A stretch of 17,020 nucleotides of DNA, taken from positions 1 to 17,020 of the forward strand of contig JBHHXN010000117.1 of NCBI GenBank assembly GCA_046757025.1. Reading direction: 5' to 3'. The stretch's first letter is position 1; the number at the start of each line of letters is the position of its first letter. The position numbers and the translations under genes are program-made. Positions 15,989-17,020 of this stretch are shown here, piece after piece. Under the pieces are notes generated by a model. That model was not told the DNA's origin. It saw only the letters and a program-made list of their open reading frames with translations, and did no database searches. Origin of the DNA: a bacterium (GTDB taxonomy: Bacteria; Zhuqueibacterota; Zhuqueibacteria; Oceanimicrobiales; Oceanimicrobiaceae).

Positions 15989-17020
15989 TTACGCCTGTTT
16001 GGGCAATGAAAAATAAACCGTGGTGCCTTTACCCTTTTGTGAACTCATTCGAACACATCCCCCTTGATTTTCAACGATGCGTTTGACGATGGCGAGTCCC
16101 ACGCCGGTTCCCTCAATTTCCTTGGCGACGCCCGCTCTCTCAAACAATTGAAACACCTGTTCTTGAAACGACTCTTCGATTCCAGCACCGTTGTCTTTGA
16201 CCCAGAAGACAAAAAACCGCTTTTGCTCTTCCCATCCGATCTCGATAACGGCTTGGCTTGTGTCCCCCATATATTTCATGGCGTTATCAACGAGGTTAGC
16301 AAACACCGTGATCAAGCCTTCTCTATCTCCGACGACCTCGGGCATTTGCTTTGGAATTTTCAAACGAATATTTTTCTCTTTCAACTGCAAATGATATTCG
16401 ATGTGGATATTTTGTAAAACGTCGTCCAGAGATACCGGCACAAACTCCGTGTCACGTTTGTTAAATTTGGCGAACTCCAACAAATCGTGAACCATTTTTT
16501 CCAAGCGCGTGTTGTTCTTTTGGATTCTTTCCAAATAATGTCTAAGCTCAGCCGGCGGCAAGGTCGCCTGATTTTCAAGCAGCAAATTGGTGAATCCCTG
16601 GATGGAGACAATGGGAGATTTTAAATTGTGTGAAATGAGTAAGAGAAGATTTTCCAGGTCGTTGGACTTTTGTTCGATTTCTGTAAAAGATTCTTCCAAT
16701 TCCGTTTTATCGAAAAACGTGGCTAGAATCAATCCACTGCTTGACAACTGCTTCAACACAATATTCATGGATTTTCTGACGCCGCTTTGATTCACCAGAC
16801 AGGTATCTATTTGTGCGGTTTGATGACGATTGCTGTGAAATTTCATAAGCTGGTCACGCAATTTGTCTTTTTCAAGCGCCGGCAGCATATCCACTAAATT
16901 GATTTTTGCTACGTCGGGACCTTTGGATCGACCGGTGAGTTTTAGAAAAGCCGGATTGGCCTGAATCAATTGTCCGGATTCTTCCAATATAATTGACGGC
17001 ACTGGCAACTTATTAAATAC
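15989..17020 (-). CDS. PAS-domain histidine kinase(-like) protein, 5' end probably outside the window
   Basis: The frame is open to the window edge (VFNKLPVPSIILEE...ANPAF, a typical PAS start). H-box SHNLKSPIVSIQGF, NLVDNAMKY, DNGAGI, FQLFER, GTGVGL. Confidence 0.9.
   Translation of the reverse strand, partial: VFNKLPVPSIILEESGQLIQANPAFLKLTGRSKGPDVAKINLVDMLPALEKDKLRDQLMKFHSNRHQTAQIDTCLVNQSGVRKSMNIVLKQLSSSGLILATFFDKTELEESFTEIEQKSNDLENLLLLISHNLKSPIVSIQGFTNLLLENQATLPPAELRHYLERIQKNNTRLEKMVHDLLEFAKFNKRDTEFVPVSLDDVLQNIHIEYHLQLKEKNIRLKIPKQMPEVVGDREGLITVFANLVDNAMKYMGDTSQAVIEIGWEEQKRFFVFWVKDNGAGIEESFQEQVFQLFERAGVAKEIEGTGVGLAIVKRIVENQGGCVRMSSQKGKGTTVYFSLPKQA

Overview
Bacterial chromosomal segment from a diderm (it encodes a secretin); all confidently called genes are on the minus strand. 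In transcription order (right to left): three tandem histidine kinases (5'-truncated PAS-HK, a sensor-less HK, a REC-PAS-PAS-HK), a polyprenyl diphosphate synthase, a UDP-glucuronate decarboxylase-like SDR, rsfS-argS, a PfkB kinase, yjbQ, an orphan ECF ATPase, and a type IV filament alignment/secretin operon (pilMN fusion, pilO, pilP-like, pilQ running off the left end and missed by the ORF track). The most unusual observations are these. (1) A 942-aa PilM-PilN fusion carries a ~395-aa acidic, probably disordered N-terminal extension, and the PilP-like gene lacks a lipobox, giving a T2SS-like (GspL/M/C/D) layout. (2) In a kinase pair, the PAS-bearing member has a degenerate H-box (HN) while the sensor-less neighbour has an intact one. 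(3) Two MITE-like elements with related terminal inverted repeats contain nested REP-like hairpins, and each sits just upstream of a start codon. (4) ArgRS (HIGH to NVVS) and EcfA (H-loop His to Gln) have non-canonical catalytic motifs. No CRISPR array, rRNA, tRNA or transposase was seen. All calls come from manual motif reading; no database searches were run.
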